Below, piece by piece: positions 1-10,931 of a stretch of DNA of 64,000 bases (its first letter is position 1; every line of letters starts with the position of its first letter). Both the position numbers and the translations under genes were made by a program. This DNA is from an uncultured virus (IMG/VR IMGVR_UViG_3300035515_000418) (taxonomy: Duplodnaviria; Heunggongvirae; Uroviricota; Caudoviricetes), in IMG/VR virus record IMGVR_UViG_3300035515_000418; one strand, 5' to 3'. A model generated the notes under the pieces. It had not been told where the DNA came from. It did no database searches and saw only the letters and a program-made list of their open reading frames with translations.

Positions 1-1089
1 ATGAATGATAGATTAACAGAACAAATTAATAACTCAGCATACTCAGAAATTTTGAATACACCAGAATATGACTTTCTAAAAACAAATCCAAACTTAGGTG
101 ATAAAGTGATACTATTAGTACTATCTGGTAGCAGAGGATATGGAACCAATTTACCTGATAGTGATTATGATTTCAGAGGAATTGCACTAAACACACCAGA
201 CCAAATCTACGGAATCAATTCAGACTTTGAACAAGTAGTAGAAGAAGTCACAGATACAACAATCTACAGCCTCAATAAAATCACAAGGTTGTTTATGAAT
301 TGTAATCCAAACTCTATAGAGATGCTAGGATGTAGATCACAAGATTATGCAATCCTAACAAAAGCAGGAAAACTAATAGTAGATAATGGTGATATGTTCT
401 TGAGTAAAATGGCAATCAAGAGTTTTGGTGGATATGCAGATGACCAGTATAACAGGCTCACACATGGTTTACTAGGAAACGGTTCAAATGATGATAAGAA
501 ACTAGAAATGTTAAGAGGAAGCCTAAACAGAGCACTAGAAGCATTCAACGCTCAACACAGAAACGTAGGAATAGACCTAAACATCTGTATAGTAAAAACA
601 AGTAAACTGTTAGAACTATATCCAGACATGGAAGTAGAGGATGAATGTGATAACAGACATATAATACTTAACGGAACAATAACAAACACCCCAGTAACCG
701 AATTAAAAATGATATTAAGTAACCTGAATACAATTCAATTCCAGTATGGAAACATTAATAAACGGAACACAAAGAAATCAGGAGAAAAGTTAGCAAAGCA
801 TGAAATGCACCTCATCAGATTGTATTTAATGGGTTCAGACCTCAACAAGTATGGAAAAATTGTAACATATAGGGAAAAGGAACATGCCTTATTAATGAAC
901 ATAAGGAATGGAAAATATATGACAGGAGATGGTTTAAAGGTTACTTCGGATTTTTATGATATGTTGCAAGAAATTCAAGCAGATTACTTATATTCAATCC
1001 AGAATACAGTACTTCCAGACCAGCCAAACAAGCAAAGAATAACAGAAGTCATGTCAACAATATATAAGAGATTAGAAAAGGAGATGTAA
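1..1089 (+). CDS. Predicted nucleotidyltransferase (Nuc-transf/YcgL-RlaP-like, Pol-beta superfamily)
   Basis: Motif SGSRGYGTNLPDSDYDFRG (GS...DxD), followed by NPNSIEML and HLIRL, typical of this phage-associated family. Confidence 0.8.
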   Translation: MNDRLTEQINNSAYSEILNTPEYDFLKTNPNLGDKVILLVLSGSRGYGTNLPDSDYDFRGIALNTPDQIYGINSDFEQVVEEVTDTTIYSLNKITRLFMNCNPNSIEMLGCRSQDYAILTKAGKLIVDNGDMFLSKMAIKSFGGYADDQYNRLTHGLLGNGSNDDKKLEMLRGSLNRALEAFNAQHRNVGIDLNICIVKTSKLLELYPDMEVEDECDNRHIILNGTITNTPVTELKMILSNLNTIQFQYGNINKRNTKKSGEKLAKHEMHLIRLYLMGSDLNKYGKIVTYREKEHALLMNIRNGKYMTGDGLKVTSDFYDMLQEIQADYLYSIQNTVLPDQPNKQRITEVMSTIYKRLEKEM

Positions 1090-1091
1090 GT

Positions 1092-1415
1092 ATGAAAGAG
1101 GACAAAAGTAATAGAAATATAAGTATGCTTGACATACAAGAATACATTGACAGTGGTGACAATTTGTCAGTCAAAGGGCTACCTGATTTTGGTGGATATT
1201 CTGAAAGAGAAATTAGATTTAGAGAGGAACAGGATAAACATATGAAGACTTTACCCAAGAACAGTTGGGAAGTGTGGGATGATGCTGATTTAGATCAGCC
1301 TAGTGACTTTGAAATGAGTATATATGACAAAACAAGCTTAGAAGAAGCACATAGAGAATGTGAAAGACTTGGAATAAAGTTAACTACAAATGTTGATGAA
1401 TTACCAGAGATATGA
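1092..1415 (+). CDS. Small acidic hypothetical protein (possible partner of the downstream kinase)
   Basis: 107-aa ORF starting 2 nt after the upstream stop; Asp/Glu-rich. Confidence 0.6.
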   Translation: MKEDKSNRNISMLDIQEYIDSGDNLSVKGLPDFGGYSEREIRFREEQDKHMKTLPKNSWEVWDDADLDQPSDFEMSIYDKTSLEEAHRECERLGIKLTTNVDELPEI

Positions 1416-1439
1416 AACTGATTTGGGAGGTAAGTAAAC

Positions 1440-2594
1440 ATGAACGATAGAAATAACAGATATGTATTAATGAATAAGAATACACCAATAGCACAGTTGA
1501 CTGTATCAAGTAACACAGTATATTTAACAAAGCAGATAAATAAATTACCACCATTCATAAGAGATATAAATGCTTGGGTAAATGATAGAGTGAGTCCTTT
1601 CGGAAGAGACAATATACATATACTTATGAAATTAGCTGGAATAAATAATGAGGAATCATATCTTACTATAAGTAGGGCGATAAGTGTTACAGATGCAATG
1701 TGGGTAAACGACAGAAAGTATCCTATGACATGGGATGAGGTTAATCCATATAGGAATAGACTAAGTAAAATTATGGCAGATATAGCTATAAATGGTATGC
1801 TAAATTACAAGAATCAAAATCTGAAATCACCTTCACCACAATATAAATTGGACGGGTCAATCAATAAATGTGTTAAGAGGTGCAATGGAAAACTATATTT
1901 GTACAAGACTGATGGCGAGAGATGGGGGGATAAAGCTGGTGTAAGACCTTATAGTGAGTATTATGCCAGTTTAGTAGCAAGACAGCTAGGATATAAATGG
2001 TATACTAATTATTCTATTGAAATGTACACTGGATTAAAAGGTGCCATATTGCCATTCTGCAAGTGTGAGTTATTCACAGATGAAAATATTGGGCTCATTC
2101 AATATGGGGATTCAAAATACAGAGATATGACTTTACTAGAATTTGATGCCAGACTTAAAAGAATTGGTATAAAAACAACAGATGAAATGCGTAAACAATT
2201 GAGAGAGATGTTACTACTAGATGCCATAATAGTTAATCCAGATAGGCATTCTGGTAACATAGGATTACTGATGAATAATGATACATTTAGTGTATTCAGT
2301 ATGTCACCAATATATGACAATGACTGTTCACTGGGGGCACTATACTCTATACAGGATATGAGTTTTGATGAAGCTTATAAAAAGGTGTGCACTGAGAGAC
2401 TTCCAAAGTCAAACACAGGAGATTATAACGATACAGCAAAAATTGCAATGACAGGTGAGCTTTACAGAAGGCTAATTAGTGCACCACATATAGTATTAGG
2501 TAAAGCACTACCAGGAATTTCACAAAACAGAGTAGATTTTATGGAATACTTAGTAAATAGAAGAATACAAGAAATACTAGCCATGTACAAATAA
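1440..2594 (+). CDS. HipA/CtkA-like Ser/Thr kinase
   Basis: DGSINK...LYK N-lobe, SEYYAS, catalytic NPDRHSGNIG and SPIYDND motifs; GGGAGG RBS. Confidence 0.8.
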   Translation: MNDRNNRYVLMNKNTPIAQLTVSSNTVYLTKQINKLPPFIRDINAWVNDRVSPFGRDNIHILMKLAGINNEESYLTISRAISVTDAMWVNDRKYPMTWDEVNPYRNRLSKIMADIAINGMLNYKNQNLKSPSPQYKLDGSINKCVKRCNGKLYLYKTDGERWGDKAGVRPYSEYYASLVARQLGYKWYTNYSIEMYTGLKGAILPFCKCELFTDENIGLIQYGDSKYRDMTLLEFDARLKRIGIKTTDEMRKQLREMLLLDAIIVNPDRHSGNIGLLMNNDTFSVFSMSPIYDNDCSLGALYSIQDMSFDEAYKKVCTERLPKSNTGDYNDTAKIAMTGELYRRLISAPHIVLGKALPGISQNRVDFMEYLVNRRIQEILAMYK

Positions 2595-2613
2595 AAGAAA
2601 GGTGGAATACTCA

Positions 2614-3000
2614 ATGAAAAAGATAATAAAAGTGGATAGCACCTCGTATACATTATCCAAATTAGAGTGTCTGAATCCAACCTTGGGATATGAGTACAAT
2701 CCAAAAGAGCAAAGGCTTGTAGAAATAGGTTTTAGAACACATAATGAGTACATTATAAAACCAATTGACCAAAGAAAGATATTAATTAAACGTGTAATAT
2801 GTAAGCATGACTATCCCATAATAGCAATATTGACAGCTATATGTCTGATGCTGAATGCTATTGAACTTGTTGGCAGTATAAATGTGAACACTATAAAGGC
2901 AGCTATAACAGTTTGGGTAATATTCTTTGGAATGCTTTGGGTAATGCAGAGAGTTGCTTTATGGTCTGTATCAGTAGTTATTAAAAAGCTTTGTACTTAA
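2614..3000 (+). CDS. Hypothetical membrane protein
   Basis: Two hydrophobic C-terminal segments; ATG at 2614 in frame with the ORF-track GTG at 2602. Confidence 0.55.
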   Translation: MKKIIKVDSTSYTLSKLECLNPTLGYEYNPKEQRLVEIGFRTHNEYIIKPIDQRKILIKRVICKHDYPIIAILTAICLMLNAIELVGSINVNTIKAAITVWVIFFGMLWVMQRVALWSVSVVIKKLCT

Positions 3001-3019
3001 AATAAAGGGTAGAAACTAA

Positions 3020-3961
3020 ATGAACAGGGAAGATACAATCAATAAAATTTTAGGACTAGTAAAAAGTGTATATAGCAATGGTGGGGCTCAATTACCAGAG
3101 GCTAAGCTATTACTTAATAGGATATCTGATGAGCAAGTATATAGTATATTTGAATCACTTAAAATTACTAACAGGTACATTTCAAAGTTAAAAATATCCG
3201 GAATTAGTATTGAATTGGAGATATTTGTAAAGGCAGACAGAATGTATTTAAATACAAGTTTAACAGAGGTATACATAAGTGATAACCAAGCATTTACACT
3301 AGATTTAGGTAAAATAAACAATGGAAAAGTAAAATTATCAATACTTGGGGATAATAATGATGATAATGTATATCCGAAACAGTTGACTCTTGATATAGGA
3401 AACTTAGATTTTATGTCACAGACACCTGATGATTTGAAATTATTGCTTATAGATTTAACCACTGGTCTTAGGCAAGAAATATATGGGCAGGGGTGGAGTG
3501 CTAGAAGAATCCAGTTTACACCAGAGTCATTGAATAATCTCACAAGTGTTTTTCATAAATTATTAATTTCTAAGAAAAGATTGTCTGACGATGATTATTT
3601 GTACTGGATACACATAATGGCATTGCTATCTGACCTAGCTAAATATAAATATTACAATAAGCAAGTCAGCAACATATGGGAATTAAATACTGCCACAGAG
3701 AGGTTGTCAAGTGAACTTTGGGAAAGAATAAGTATCTATGAGATTAGGGAAACAGCATTAAATGAGAGAGAATATAAAACATTATACAGTATAATAGAAT
3801 CACTAGATAAAATGTTACTACAAGACATAGATTACACAAAGCATGATGTAGTATTGACAGATACAGAAGAAAATTATATTAATACTCTTACAGAAAAGAT
3901 AGAAAAGGCAGAATATATGTTGAGGACAGAAAATATAAAGTCATACAGAGAGCAAGAATAG
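3020..3961 (+). CDS. Hypothetical protein
   Basis: 313-aa ORF in operon-like spacing. Confidence 0.65.
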   Translation: MNREDTINKILGLVKSVYSNGGAQLPEAKLLLNRISDEQVYSIFESLKITNRYISKLKISGISIELEIFVKADRMYLNTSLTEVYISDNQAFTLDLGKINNGKVKLSILGDNNDDNVYPKQLTLDIGNLDFMSQTPDDLKLLLIDLTTGLRQEIYGQGWSARRIQFTPESLNNLTSVFHKLLISKKRLSDDDYLYWIHIMALLSDLAKYKYYNKQVSNIWELNTATERLSSELWERISIYEIRETALNEREYKTLYSIIESLDKMLLQDIDYTKHDVVLTDTEENYINTLTEKIEKAEYMLRTENIKSYREQE

Positions 3962-3989
3962 ACATACATAAAGGAAGGAAAAAGGCAAT

Positions 3990-4727
3990 ATGATTACAGA
4001 GGTATACTTAGTTGACTGTGAAAATGTAGGAGGTCAATCACTATGTATTAATAATATACAATCTCAAATATTTTATTTACATAGCACTGAATATAAAGCG
4101 CAGAACAGACTTCCAAATGAAACAAATGTATTATATGAGCATCCAGTAGATAAAAATGCATTGGACTTTGTACTTGATTCATACCTTGGTTATCAAATAG
4201 CCAGGTATGGTTTAGAGGCTAAGTATATAATAGTAAGCAATGATAAAGGATTTGATCACCTAATAAATTTTTGGTCATCCTATGGTTATAAAGTAGAAAG
4301 GCTTAGCAGAGAGGATATAGTGTCCAACACTAGTACATTGCCAAATATTAAGAATACACTTAAGCAAATGAAAGCTGAGCAATCAAAATTAAAAGAGGAG
4401 CAGTCAGAAAAATCTGATACAGTTTCAAATCAACTTGTCACACAACAATCACCCTCAAAATCAAAAGATAGCAAAGCTTTAAAAGAAGTAACACGAGATA
4501 TGTTGTTTAGAACAATTGTAGAGAAAAAGAAAGCAAAGGTTACCAAGAAGCAACTTAGTAAAATACTGGATGAAATCATAGATAATCAGTGTGAAAATAA
4601 AAAGCAGATACAGAGTGCTACAAAATCAATATTAAAGACATATAATATTTCTGATTCTGACAAGAAGATTGTAGTAGAGGTCAGCTGCTCAAGGCTTGAG
4701 GATTTAAGAAAATTATATCAGCTTTAA
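3990..4727 (+). CDS. PIN/NYN-like (PIN7-type) domain protein with Lys-rich C-terminus
   Basis: LVDCENV...KNALDFVL...IVSNDKGFD acidic PIN motifs. Confidence 0.75.
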   Translation: MITEVYLVDCENVGGQSLCINNIQSQIFYLHSTEYKAQNRLPNETNVLYEHPVDKNALDFVLDSYLGYQIARYGLEAKYIIVSNDKGFDHLINFWSSYGYKVERLSREDIVSNTSTLPNIKNTLKQMKAEQSKLKEEQSEKSDTVSNQLVTQQSPSKSKDSKALKEVTRDMLFRTIVEKKKAKVTKKQLSKILDEIIDNQCENKKQIQSATKSILKTYNISDSDKKIVVEVSCSRLEDLRKLYQL

Positions 4728-4749
4728 AATTTAAAATAATACATACCTA

Positions 4750-4778
4750 TTGACAAAAAGGTTGAAATGTGGTAAAAT
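4750..4778 (+). promoter_or_regulatory. Sigma-A promoter, extended -10
   Basis: TTGACA, 17-nt spacer ending in TGn, then TAAAAT. Confidence 0.75.
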
Positions 4779-4815
4779 AAAGGAAAGAAATTAGAATTAG
4801 GAAGGAGTTGGTAAT

Positions 4816-5274
4816 TTGAACATCCTGAAAAATAAGAACAAGCAATTAACATTAGAGGAAATACAGTTACAGAAAGATTTATCATTGCAAGAAGCTTTGA
4901 GTAGACCAATGATAATAACTGGATTACCTAATCAAGAAACAGAGGATACAGAGAGGAATTCATCCAAAGACTATGCAGAAATAAGTAATAACTTTGAAAC
5001 TAAATTTAATAGCAGAAAAGATTCAGAAGTGGTTACAGTAGATTTAAGAAATTCATCTACAAAGATAGGTCAGGGTGATGTTTATGTGGAATCAGAAACA
5101 AAAGACCTACAGACAAAATTAAATAATCTTGAAATAGCCCTTAAGCAGGCAGATACAGTATTGCATGAACAGGATTATTTAATAAGGCAGCTCACAGAGG
5201 ATAAACTGGAACTTCAAAATAAATTAATAGAGCTGTTAGAAAACAAAGATGACAAAGATGACAAAGATGAATAA
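4816..5274 (+). CDS. Hypothetical coiled-coil protein
   Basis: AGGAG RBS, TTG start, heptad-rich C-terminus. Confidence 0.6.
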   Translation: MNILKNKNKQLTLEEIQLQKDLSLQEALSRPMIITGLPNQETEDTERNSSKDYAEISNNFETKFNSRKDSEVVTVDLRNSSTKIGQGDVYVESETKDLQTKLNNLEIALKQADTVLHEQDYLIRQLTEDKLELQNKLIELLENKDDKDDKDE

Positions 5275-5323
5275 ACTAGTAAGAAAAGTTAAATAACCTT
5301 ATATAACAAGGAGGACAATTAAA

Positions 5324-6160
5324 ATGGGTAGTAAATACTTAGCAGATGTAAACGACACACTTGATATAATCAGGTCTGGACAGTTAAGATTTAATGTAAA
5401 TGGAAAAGCTGAAATAATTGACATTTCAGATAAGCTTAAGAAAGTGAAATCAAAAGAATATAGAAAGGAAGATATAGACAGTATAGATTTATCAAAGTCT
5501 AGTAGCAGAAGACATGATAATACATGTGTTTTAAGAGTACGAGCTTATGGTTCATCAGATGCATACAGAGAAAATTTAGAAAATACTACAATTTTGAACT
5601 TTGCATCATCAAGATATCCAGGTGGAGGCTTTGTGACTGGTGCCATGGCTCAGGAAGAAGCTTTGTGTCATAGTTGTAATTTATATGCAGACCTAAAAAC
5701 ACATGAGTCATTTTATGAATATAACAACCAGCATATTAATAAAGGCTTGTATGCTGATGGTATAATTTATAGTCAGGATGTTTGTTTCTTCAAGAAAGCT
5801 AATTTTAAGACCATGGATCCAGTGTTTATGAATGTGATTACATGTGCTGCTCCAAATAGAACATATGTAAATAAAAGTGGTAATACACCAGATTCAATAG
5901 CTCAGTTTGATGAAACAATGGATAGAAGGATAGAGCAGATTATAAAGGTGGCTATAGATAATAGTACAGACCATTTAGTATTGGGTGCATTTGGTTGTGG
6001 AGTGTTTAAAAACTCACCAGAGTTTGTGGCAGACACAATGTACAAATACTTGGTAGACAAAGAGTATGGCAAGTACTTTAAACAAGTAACATTTGCAATG
6101 AATGATAGTACAAGTAAAAATGCAAAGGCATTTGCAGATAAATTTGGAGGCATAAAATAA
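5324..6160 (+). CDS. TIGR02452/DUF2263 macrodomain protein (bacterial PARG-like ADP-ribose hydrolase)
   Basis: LNFASSRYPGGGF..GAMAQEEALC and LVLGAFGCGVFKN motifs. Confidence 0.9.
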   Translation: MGSKYLADVNDTLDIIRSGQLRFNVNGKAEIIDISDKLKKVKSKEYRKEDIDSIDLSKSSSRRHDNTCVLRVRAYGSSDAYRENLENTTILNFASSRYPGGGFVTGAMAQEEALCHSCNLYADLKTHESFYEYNNQHINKGLYADGIIYSQDVCFFKKANFKTMDPVFMNVITCAAPNRTYVNKSGNTPDSIAQFDETMDRRIEQIIKVAIDNSTDHLVLGAFGCGVFKNSPEFVADTMYKYLVDKEYGKYFKQVTFAMNDSTSKNAKAFADKFGGIK

Positions 6161-6264
6161 GTAAATCTTCAAGAGTTTAAAATATCAATACATTGCATAA
6201 TAAAATTGTAACTATAAAATAATCTCTTTTTTAAGAAAGAGTATAATTTTATTTTTTATTTAAA

Positions 6265-6314
6265 ATTATTGTTGTGGTGCTGACTTTGCCATGAGGTCAG
6301 TACCATGATATAAT
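6265..6314 (+). other. Long intergenic RNA hairpin
   Basis: tggtgctgactt/aggtcagtacca core with AU-rich extension. Confidence 0.5.
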
Positions 6315-6344
6315 TTAACCCAGTAGAGAAAGAGGATACATGGT

Positions 6345-6998
6345 ATGACAGCTAAGACATCAGGGGTAAGAGTAAAGGAAGTTGAAGTAAGTAAAATGAC
6401 ACTTGAAGAAATTTATAGATTAGCAGGTATTGATGTGAAATCTACCTATGAGAAAAAGTACTTAATTGAAATGATAGATTTGGATATGCTTAAACATAAA
6501 TACAGTACAGAAATAATATACGTTGAGAGAACATACTTAAGACAGACCAGTGAGGGGATAGAGAGGGTGATAAAGCACACCAGTGACATAGATACAGGCA
6601 CCTCATCACCAACATCACCAACAACAGCAACAGGGGAAAGTAAGTCAAACACAAAATCAGACAGGTATTACTATATAGAGAATTGCAGTGACATAGATAT
6701 ATACAAGGATGACATAGAAAAACAAATAAGTTTAAAGGATTATAATAGACTGAAACAAGAGAAAAAGGAAGGAACACATTCATTAAAGAGAAAGAGAGTG
6801 AAGTTTATTTATAATGGAACTTATTTTGAAATAGATATATACCCATTTTGGGATAACAAAGCAATACTAAAACTAGAGAGGTCTAGCGAAAATAATGACA
6901 ACATAACACTTCCAAAAGAGATAAAGGTGTTAGAGGATATAACAAATAACACTGAATATAAACAAAAGAATCTTGCAGTAAATTTAGGAAACATATAG
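6345..6998 (+). CDS. CYTH-like (triphosphate tunnel) domain protein, possibly degenerate
   Basis: EKKYLI...ERTYL...KRKRVKFIYNGTYFEIDIYPFW...EDIT...YKQKNLA pattern; the canonical ExE acidic motifs are only partly kept. Confidence 0.65.
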   Translation: MTAKTSGVRVKEVEVSKMTLEEIYRLAGIDVKSTYEKKYLIEMIDLDMLKHKYSTEIIYVERTYLRQTSEGIERVIKHTSDIDTGTSSPTSPTTATGESKSNTKSDRYYYIENCSDIDIYKDDIEKQISLKDYNRLKQEKKEGTHSLKRKRVKFIYNGTYFEIDIYPFWDNKAILKLERSSENNDNITLPKEIKVLEDITNNTEYKQKNLAVNLGNI

Positions 6999-7049
6999 CT
7001 TGAAAAGAAGTAAAAGAAAAAGCAGGGAAAAGGGGTTGAATACAAAGCA

Positions 7050-7445
7050 ATGAGTACAAAATCTACATCTGAACAGACTAAAACACATTATTACAAAATA
7101 ACATACTCAGATACAGGTAGGAATAACATGATTTCTACAACAGAGTCACTATCATTAAATAGATATTACGTATCACCAACAGGAAGAAGCTTTATAGTTA
7201 CGGGTAAAGCAAAATTAAAGTATAGTATGCAAGATATAAATAGTTTAGTTGATATATTAAATGAGTATGACATTGGTACAATACAGTATAACATGTGTAA
7301 TAAATTTATACTTGTACAGAGAAGTAACATACCAAAAATAACACTAACAGCCGAGGAAAAATCAGTATTAATGGATATTTTGTGTGATGACCCAGATATA
7401 ACAGATGAGCAAGAGAAAGTTTTGCGGAAAATTTTGAATAAATGA
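7050..7445 (+). CDS. Hypothetical protein
   Basis: 131-aa ORF. Confidence 0.55.
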   Translation: MSTKSTSEQTKTHYYKITYSDTGRNNMISTTESLSLNRYYVSPTGRSFIVTGKAKLKYSMQDINSLVDILNEYDIGTIQYNMCNKFILVQRSNIPKITLTAEEKSVLMDILCDDPDITDEQEKVLRKILNK

Positions 7446-7463
7446 GAGAATCTAGGGAATAAT

Positions 7464-8063
7464 ATGGCAAAATTAATAATAGTTCAGGGAATGTCTTGTT
7501 TAGGAAAGACCACACTATGTAAGGAAATAGTACAAAATTTATCAGACAGTATACACTTGTCAGTAGATGCATACAAAGAAAGACTTTGGGATGAACAAGG
7601 ATTTTCTTCAGAACAACATAGAGAAAATTTATCAAAACAAGCCAAGAAAGAATTTATCATAGATATTCAGAAATTAATAGATGAGAATAATTATAAATAC
7701 ATCCTAATAGATTATGTGTTCATCAATGATTTCTGGAATACAATAGAAAATCTGATAAATAAAAACAAAGATAGAATAACAGTATGTACAATATACTTAC
7801 AACCAGAAAGATTATCAGACCATAAGAATGAATGGGAAAGACGTAGTCGAGATTTTACGATAAGACATCCAGGACATGGAGCAAAAGCATATAACAAAGA
7901 TACCAGAGTGGGAACAGAGTATATAAATAGATACTCACAAAAGATATTTTTAGATAAGCTGCCAACACTAGGTAATACATTGGATATCAATGTTAAATTT
8001 AGACCACAATATAAATTAAACAAGAACATATCAGAAATAATAGAGTTTATTAGGGATGAATAG
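7464..8063 (+). CDS. P-loop kinase (AAA_33/nucleotide-kinase-like)
   Basis: N-terminal LIIVQGMSCLGKTT Walker A, HLSVDAYKE, ILIDY. Confidence 0.75.
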   Translation: MAKLIIVQGMSCLGKTTLCKEIVQNLSDSIHLSVDAYKERLWDEQGFSSEQHRENLSKQAKKEFIIDIQKLIDENNYKYILIDYVFINDFWNTIENLINKNKDRITVCTIYLQPERLSDHKNEWERRSRDFTIRHPGHGAKAYNKDTRVGTEYINRYSQKIFLDKLPTLGNTLDINVKFRPQYKLNKNISEIIEFIRDE

Positions 8064-8173
8064 AATTACACAGACATCAAAGAGTATGCACAACCACCTG
8101 ATATAATACTGTATAGAGATAATAGAAGTACAGTTTATATAAAATTAATTAAAGAGAGGAAAAGAAAGGCATA

Positions 8174-10768
8174 ATGAAAAGAAGATTAATTTCCTGTATT
8201 ACAGCTTCTATTTTAGTATTATCATTAGTAGGTTGTAATACTCAGACAAAATCTACGAATCAGAGTAAAGTAGATAATAACAGTAAGGATAAGACAGCTA
8301 CTTCTACCTCTGCAGTAGAGAACACAGTAAGTTCTTCAGACATAAGTTACTCAGTTCTAAATTCAATAGCAAGCTTTTCAGCTGCTTCTGCATCTATGAA
8401 TGAAACTTATGCATCTCCACAGTATAATCTATCAAAAGATTATGTATTTGAATTTGATGCCAGTGATGTGGCAGGTGCAAATGTATATAATGCATTCAGT
8501 GTGTATGATAGTACAGAATTCACTGACACATACAAAAGAAATTTTGCTATCTGCAAGTATTCAAATGGTAAGATTACAGTAAGTCCAAATGTAGTTACAG
8601 AATTAACTAGGGAGGGTGAAAAGACCATCACAGAGGGTACATGGGGTAGTCTTAACACATTGTACTTAGTACAAAATATCGACTTGCAGACAGGTCAGGA
8701 ATTGAATAATCCAATAGTAACTCCATTTAGCATCAGACATGATTTGGTAGCACCAACAGTTAGACAATCAGTATCTAAAGAGGGAATATACACATTAACT
8801 TGGGATAATATAGGTGGGGCTACAGAGTATTGGGTTTATAGGCTAAGTGATGGTTATTATTCACTTCAGTGTACCACATCAAACACTTCTGTTACATCAA
8901 ATGACCTGAAAGATCAACAACGACAAAATAATTATCAAGAGTTAATACAGTCAGACTTGCAAAATGCAGGATATACATACGGTACATCTGGTGATTTGAC
9001 ACTTAATAGCTCAATTGATGCAGGTGAGTCTTATGTAGTAGTAGCTGCTAACTCTTCTGCAAAGTCAGGTATCAGTAATCAAGTTGAAGTAAGTGATATA
9101 GCTAATCAAATACCATATGTTGTATCTGATAACACACCAAGCTATACAATAAACAGTATGTCTGATGTTCCTACATATGTGAATGTACAGATGAGAGATG
9201 GTACAATAGCACAGATGTTATTAGATTATCATGGGGCACAAACTTATAGAGACTCTACAAATCCAAATTACGTAAAAATAGACGTAGGCGTAGCAAATAC
9301 ATCATTCTCAAGATTTCCATTGACATTAACTGGTATGGACTATGACGAGTTTATGTCAAATGTATCATATGTAACAGAAAGAGAGGACAGTCTTAATATA
9401 GGTAGTGGTTCAGACACTACAATGCCAGCAATATCAGTTCCATCTGTTAAGGAATCTGAGGAAACTACAGAACAGCCAAGCCAAGAAGCTTCATCGACAG
9501 AGTCAAGTAATAATAACAATGAAAATAGGCATGATTTGTCAATTATAGACGAACCAAGCAGTGAGGAAAGAGCATCAGAGAATAATGTAGAACAACCAAG
9601 TTCACAGGTAACAGAGCAAGAATCAGGGTACAGTCAGCCAGAAAGTAGCACACCAGAAAGTAGTGAGGTACAACCTAGCAGTGAATCAGAAAGCACCACA
9701 AATCCAAATCCAGTAGATACTACAGAAAATGCTGATTACAGTGCAGCTGTTAATTTAATGAATTCTAGGTTACAAGAAATTGGTTGGGATGAACAATTAT
9801 TATATGCGAATAATCAATTAGAAGCCTGGTTGGCATATAGTCTAATAACTAACATAGAAATAGTTCCAATACCCCTTGATATATACCCAGAGGCAGTTAA
9901 TACAGATTATCTTATAACTCTTTGGTATGAAGCTTATAGACAGAATCCAACATCAGGTTTTGTTGACATATATAATATTCAGGCTTACTATGTAGAGGAA
10001 ATAAATACATTATACTTTGTACAGCCATTTGCAGAGACATGGGAAGTCAGAGGAAATAAAGCTACACAAGAGATTTCAAAAGCAAAGGCATTAGCTTCAC
10101 AGTTAGTTACATCAGGAATGTCACAGGCTGATGCTCTTATAGCTATCAATAATTATATATGTGACAATAGCTACTATGATGAATCAGGTGTAGTAAATTA
10201 TGACACTGTAAGTCAAATGCCAGCTACATATATAGATTGTCATACACCATATGGAATACTTTGTAATGGCGCAGGTGTTTGTGAGAGTTATGCAGAGTCA
10301 CTAGCCCTGATAGCAAGATTTGCAGGAATTGAAACAGTAATGGATGTAGGAACATTAGCTTCATCTGGCAATCATGAGTGGAACAAAGCAAAAGCAGACG
10401 GTTCATGGGTCATTGTAGATGCTACAAACAATGACAATGAGGAAATTCCAAATGCTTTGTTGAATTTGTCTGACAGTCAAGCTAGTGGCACATTAATTTC
10501 AAGTAATTCTGCATTTCTAACTACACTGTCTGCTACTGACACCACAAAGGAATACTATTATAAAAATAACATGACAAGTAGTAGCATATCAGAAGCAGCC
10601 AAAATGTTAAATGACCAGTTGTCATCAAAGAGCCTTGCACTTGTTAGGTATAATGGCACACTGGATGCTACCACAGCCAATAGTATAGCCACTGAGATTT
10701 ATACTAGTTATGGTACAGTTTTCACAGCTTATGGTACATGGGCAGGAATAATGTTAGTGCAGAAATAA
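8174..10768 (+). CDS. Lipoprotein with C-terminal transglutaminase-like cysteine-protease domain
   Basis: Lipobox LVGC; Ser/Glu/Pro-rich linker; catalytic triad GVCESYA / HEWN / VDAT. Confidence 0.8.
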   Translation: MKRRLISCITASILVLSLVGCNTQTKSTNQSKVDNNSKDKTATSTSAVENTVSSSDISYSVLNSIASFSAASASMNETYASPQYNLSKDYVFEFDASDVAGANVYNAFSVYDSTEFTDTYKRNFAICKYSNGKITVSPNVVTELTREGEKTITEGTWGSLNTLYLVQNIDLQTGQELNNPIVTPFSIRHDLVAPTVRQSVSKEGIYTLTWDNIGGATEYWVYRLSDGYYSLQCTTSNTSVTSNDLKDQQRQNNYQELIQSDLQNAGYTYGTSGDLTLNSSIDAGESYVVVAANSSAKSGISNQVEVSDIANQIPYVVSDNTPSYTINSMSDVPTYVNVQMRDGTIAQMLLDYHGAQTYRDSTNPNYVKIDVGVANTSFSRFPLTLTGMDYDEFMSNVSYVTEREDSLNIGSGSDTTMPAISVPSVKESEETTEQPSQEASSTESSNNNNENRHDLSIIDEPSSEERASENNVEQPSSQVTEQESGYSQPESSTPESSEVQPSSESESTTNPNPVDTTENADYSAAVNLMNSRLQEIGWDEQLLYANNQLEAWLAYSLITNIEIVPIPLDIYPEAVNTDYLITLWYEAYRQNPTSGFVDIYNIQAYYVEEINTLYFVQPFAETWEVRGNKATQEISKAKALASQLVTSGMSQADALIAINNYICDNSYYDESGVVNYDTVSQMPATYIDCHTPYGILCNGAGVCESYAESLALIARFAGIETVMDVGTLASSGNHEWNKAKADGSWVIVDATNNDNEEIPNALLNLSDSQASGTLISSNSAFLTTLSATDTTKEYYYKNNMTSSSISEAAKMLNDQLSSKSLALVRYNGTLDATTANSIATEIYTSYGTVFTAYGTWAGIMLVQK

Positions 10769-10808
10769 AGAGTTTAGTGCAGAAGTTTATATTTTGAAAT
10801 ACATTGTA

Positions 10809-10837
10809 TTGACAAAACGGTAGAAATGTGGTATAAT
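10809..10837 (+). promoter_or_regulatory. Sigma-A promoter, extended -10
   Basis: TTGACA, 17-nt spacer ending in TGn, then TATAAT. Confidence 0.85.
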
Positions 10838-10854
10838 AAAGAGATAAAAGTAAA

Positions 10855-10900
10855 AGTGGATTTGAGAGAGGCTACATTAGTAGACTTTCTTAAGTCCACT
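10855..10900 (+). other. 5' leader hairpin (16 bp with G.U pairs)
   Basis: agtggatttgagagag / ctttcttaagtccact between the promoter and the RBS. Confidence 0.55.
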
Positions 10901-10931
10901 AAGATGATAAAAGTAAAAGGAGGTTAAAAGT

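Noticed and set aside
5242..5270. ACAAAGATG tandem repeat x3
   Set aside because: Short in-frame coding microrepeat (KDD) with no sign of a wider role.
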